A DNA stretch of 64,000 nucleotides from Mobula hypostoma (Eukaryota). Below the pieces are notes generated by a model. The model was given only the letters and a program-made list of their open reading frames with translations. It ran no database searches and was not told the origin of the DNA. Both the position numbers and the translations under genes were made by a program. Below, one piece after another: positions 61,390-64,000 of the stretch. Each line of letters opens with the position of its first letter. Position 1 is the first letter of the stretch. The stretch is from the NCBI RefSeq assembly GCF_963921235.1, contig NC_086107.1, positions 94,614,001 to 94,678,000 on the forward strand, in the 5' to 3' direction.

Positions 61390-63775
61390 CTGGTCGGGCT
61401 GTACTTGGAGTATTTTACGCCTGTTGAAGAAAGGATGAGGAAGAGGGTGCAGAAGAAGTTCACCAGGAGGCTGCCGGGTTTACAAGATATGAGGGGGTAG
61501 AGGGTACAAGGACTTCTCTTTAGAACAGAGATGAGGAGGAATTCCTTTAGCCAGAGAGTGGTAAATCTGTGGAATTCATTGCCACATACGGCTGCGGAGG
61601 CCAAGTCATTGGATATATTTAAAGCAAAGGTTGATAGGTTCTTGATTAGGAAGGGCATCAGTTACTGGGAGAAGGCAAGAGAATAGAGTTGAGAGGGATA
61701 ATAAATCAGCCAAGATGGAATGGCAGAGCAGACTCAATGGGCTGATTGGCCTAATTCTGTCCCTATGTTTATGGTCTATATAGGGAAAAGGGTAATCACA
61801 GTTAGGAGCTGGTTACTGTCCCAGCTAATAATGTCCATCTCTCCACCACCGTGCATCACAAGGTGGAACTCAAATAGCAGGGCAGACTTAATGGGCCGAA
61901 TGGCCAACTACTGCTCCTATGTCTTATGGAGAGATTGGACAAACTTGGGTTGTTTCCTCTGAAGCATCGGAGGCTAAGGGGAGAGCTGATAGGAGTTATG
62001 AGAGGGGTAGAAAAGTCAGAATCTTTCTTTCCCCAGGGTGGAAAAGTCAAGTTCTAAAGGACGAGGTGAGAAGGGGAAAGTTTAAAGATGAGTGGGGTAA
62101 GTTTTTTTTTAAACAATGAGAGTGGTGGGTGCTTGGAATGGACTGCTGGGAGTAGTGTTGGAGGCAGATACAATAGTGGTATCAAAGAGACTGTTAGATC
62201 CAGTACATAAATACGCAGGGCATGGGGGCATCTGGATCGTGTGCTGGTAGAAGGCATTGGTTCAGTTGTCATCGTCTCTGGTGCAGACATTGTGGGCCGA
62301 AGAGCTCATTGCTGTTCTATAACAGTATCAGTTCGGCGTAAACAAGAATATGCAAGAGTGTGTGCGTCTAAGCTGAGGCAGTCGGTATTGCAGAGATGGC
62401 ACAGAGACAGCTCAGAGACAGCTCCACACCCTCAAGTTCAAATTTAATTGTCATTCAACCGTACACACAGATACAGCCAAAGAAAGCAGTGTTTCTCCAG
62501 GGCCAAGGTGAAAACCACAGTACCAACAGTCACACACAGCACAAAGCCCAATACAGCACACGTAATTATGGTAACAGAAAAACATAGGCGGTATACAGTA
62601 GCCCTAGTCCCTGAGTGTCATGGTCTGCAGGTTGCTGGTGCAAGGGTTGTTCTCCTGGAGCCACGTTTCTGCAAGAACAAGCACGCGCAGTTCCCCATCG
62701 CACGCTACTGCAGCCGCAAGCGCAATCTACCCAGTGAACACTGGGGGGCAGCGTTAATGGGAGGAAACATCCCCCAACCCAGCGTGGAATCCAGAGCACC
62801 CTCTCCTCTCTCCCACACCACCTGTGCCTTTCCTCCCCTGGGCGGCTGCAACAGGCAATCCTGTGGCACAAGGGCCTGCTGCACCCAACACCTGAGGCCA
62901 CGCAGCTCCCCTGCTATTGGTACACCAATGAACCAGTGTGTAAGACCATAAGACAGAGAACAGTACAGGGCCTTTGGCCCACTATGTTGTGCTGACCTTT
63001 TAACCTACTCTAAGATCAATCTAACCCTTCCCCCTACATAGCCCTCCATTTTTCTATCATCTATGTGCCTATGTAAGAGTTCCATAAATGCCCTTAATGT
63101 ATCTGCCTCTACCACCACCCCTGGCAATATGTTCCTATGTGAAACCCTACCCCTTGACATCCCCCCTATACTTTCCTCAAATCACCTTAAAATTATCCTC
63201 TCTTGTATTAGCCATTGCCACCCTGGGAAGAAGTGTCTGACTGTCCACTCGACCCATGTCTTTTGGCAGCTTGTATACCTCTATCAGGTCATCTCTCAAC
63301 CTCTTTCACTCCGAAGAGAAAAGCCCTAGCTCGCTCAACCTATCTTCATAAGATGTGGCCTCTGGTTCAGGAAGCGTCTTGATAAATCTCCATTGTACCC
63401 TCTCAAAAACTTCCATATCCTTCCTATAATGAGGCGACCAGAACTGAACACAATATTAGTTTAACCAGGGTTTTATAGAGTTACAACATTACTTTGTGAC
63501 TCTTGAACTCAGTACCCTGACTAACGAAGAATAATTAGACCATTTGGCCCATCGATTCTGCTGTGCCATTTGATCATGGTAACCTCTCGGTAACCTTTGA
63601 CACCCGAACTAATCAAGAACCCATCAACCTAAGCTTTAAATATACCCAATGACTTGGCCTTCATGGCTGTCTGTGGCAATGAATTCCACAAATTCACCAC
63701 CCTCTGGCTAAAGAAATTTCTCCTCATTTCTGTTCTCAAGGGATGTCCTTCTGTTCTGAGGCTGTGACCTCTGGT
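61390..63775. mobile_element. CR1 3' fragments (61390-61780 +, 61930-62320 +, 62950-63500 -, 63530-63775 -)
   Basis: Typical CR1 3' sequence (gagatgaggaggaatttctttagccagag…, ccttcctataatgagg…). Confidence 0.7.
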
Positions 63776-64000
63776 TGGTGTGATGTGTGGTCTGTGAGTT
63801 TATGACTCTAGAAGCTAAGTCGGGTTTTCAGACAGTACTGACAGAAGGAAGTTTGTAGATAAGGAACTGGAGGATCCCTAGATTAGATCTTCCAAGAATA
63901 CCAAAGTGACAGGAGGAGGAGCCATTGCAGAGGGAATCTCTATCGATAACGATACAGATAAGCATGGAAACGCAGGTTCCGCCGGATTTGTAAAGATAGT

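Noticed and set aside
62330..62420. Possible next PACSIN exon (VRRKQEYARV…)
   Set aside because: No acceptor in the required phase 0, and it lacks the expected Y-M-E-x-M…F motif.

Overview
Vertebrate genomic DNA that is mostly retroelement debris. The repeat landscape (CR1 LINEs, V-core tRNA SINEs, Penelope-like fold-backs, Rex/Babar) points to a cartilaginous fish, probably a ray (inference). I can support only one host gene: the first four coding exons (60, 157, 236 and 156 nt; + strand, 48163-58713) of a PACSIN/syndapin-family F-BAR gene that continues beyond the window. It looks like a divergent paralog distinct from mammalian PACSIN1-3: SFWMP motif, FF wedge loop and a very basic fourth coding exon. 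Mobile elements: a near full-length dead CR1 with a zinc-finger/esterase ORF1, interrupted by a Gypsy LTR remnant whose layout suggests Gmr1-type domain order; a solo LTR of the same family inside the gene; a young antisense CR1 RT; Penelope-like (GIY-YIG) insertions carrying minimal hammerhead ribozyme motifs, plus many fold-back mini-elements whose apex falls at the ribozyme; Tc1 deletion derivatives; Rex/Babar and Tx1 fragments; SINEs; hAT MITEs; and two minisatellites. There are no prokaryotic features, CRISPR arrays or true tRNA/rRNA genes. All calls were made by eye, and family names come from motif recall rather than database searches.
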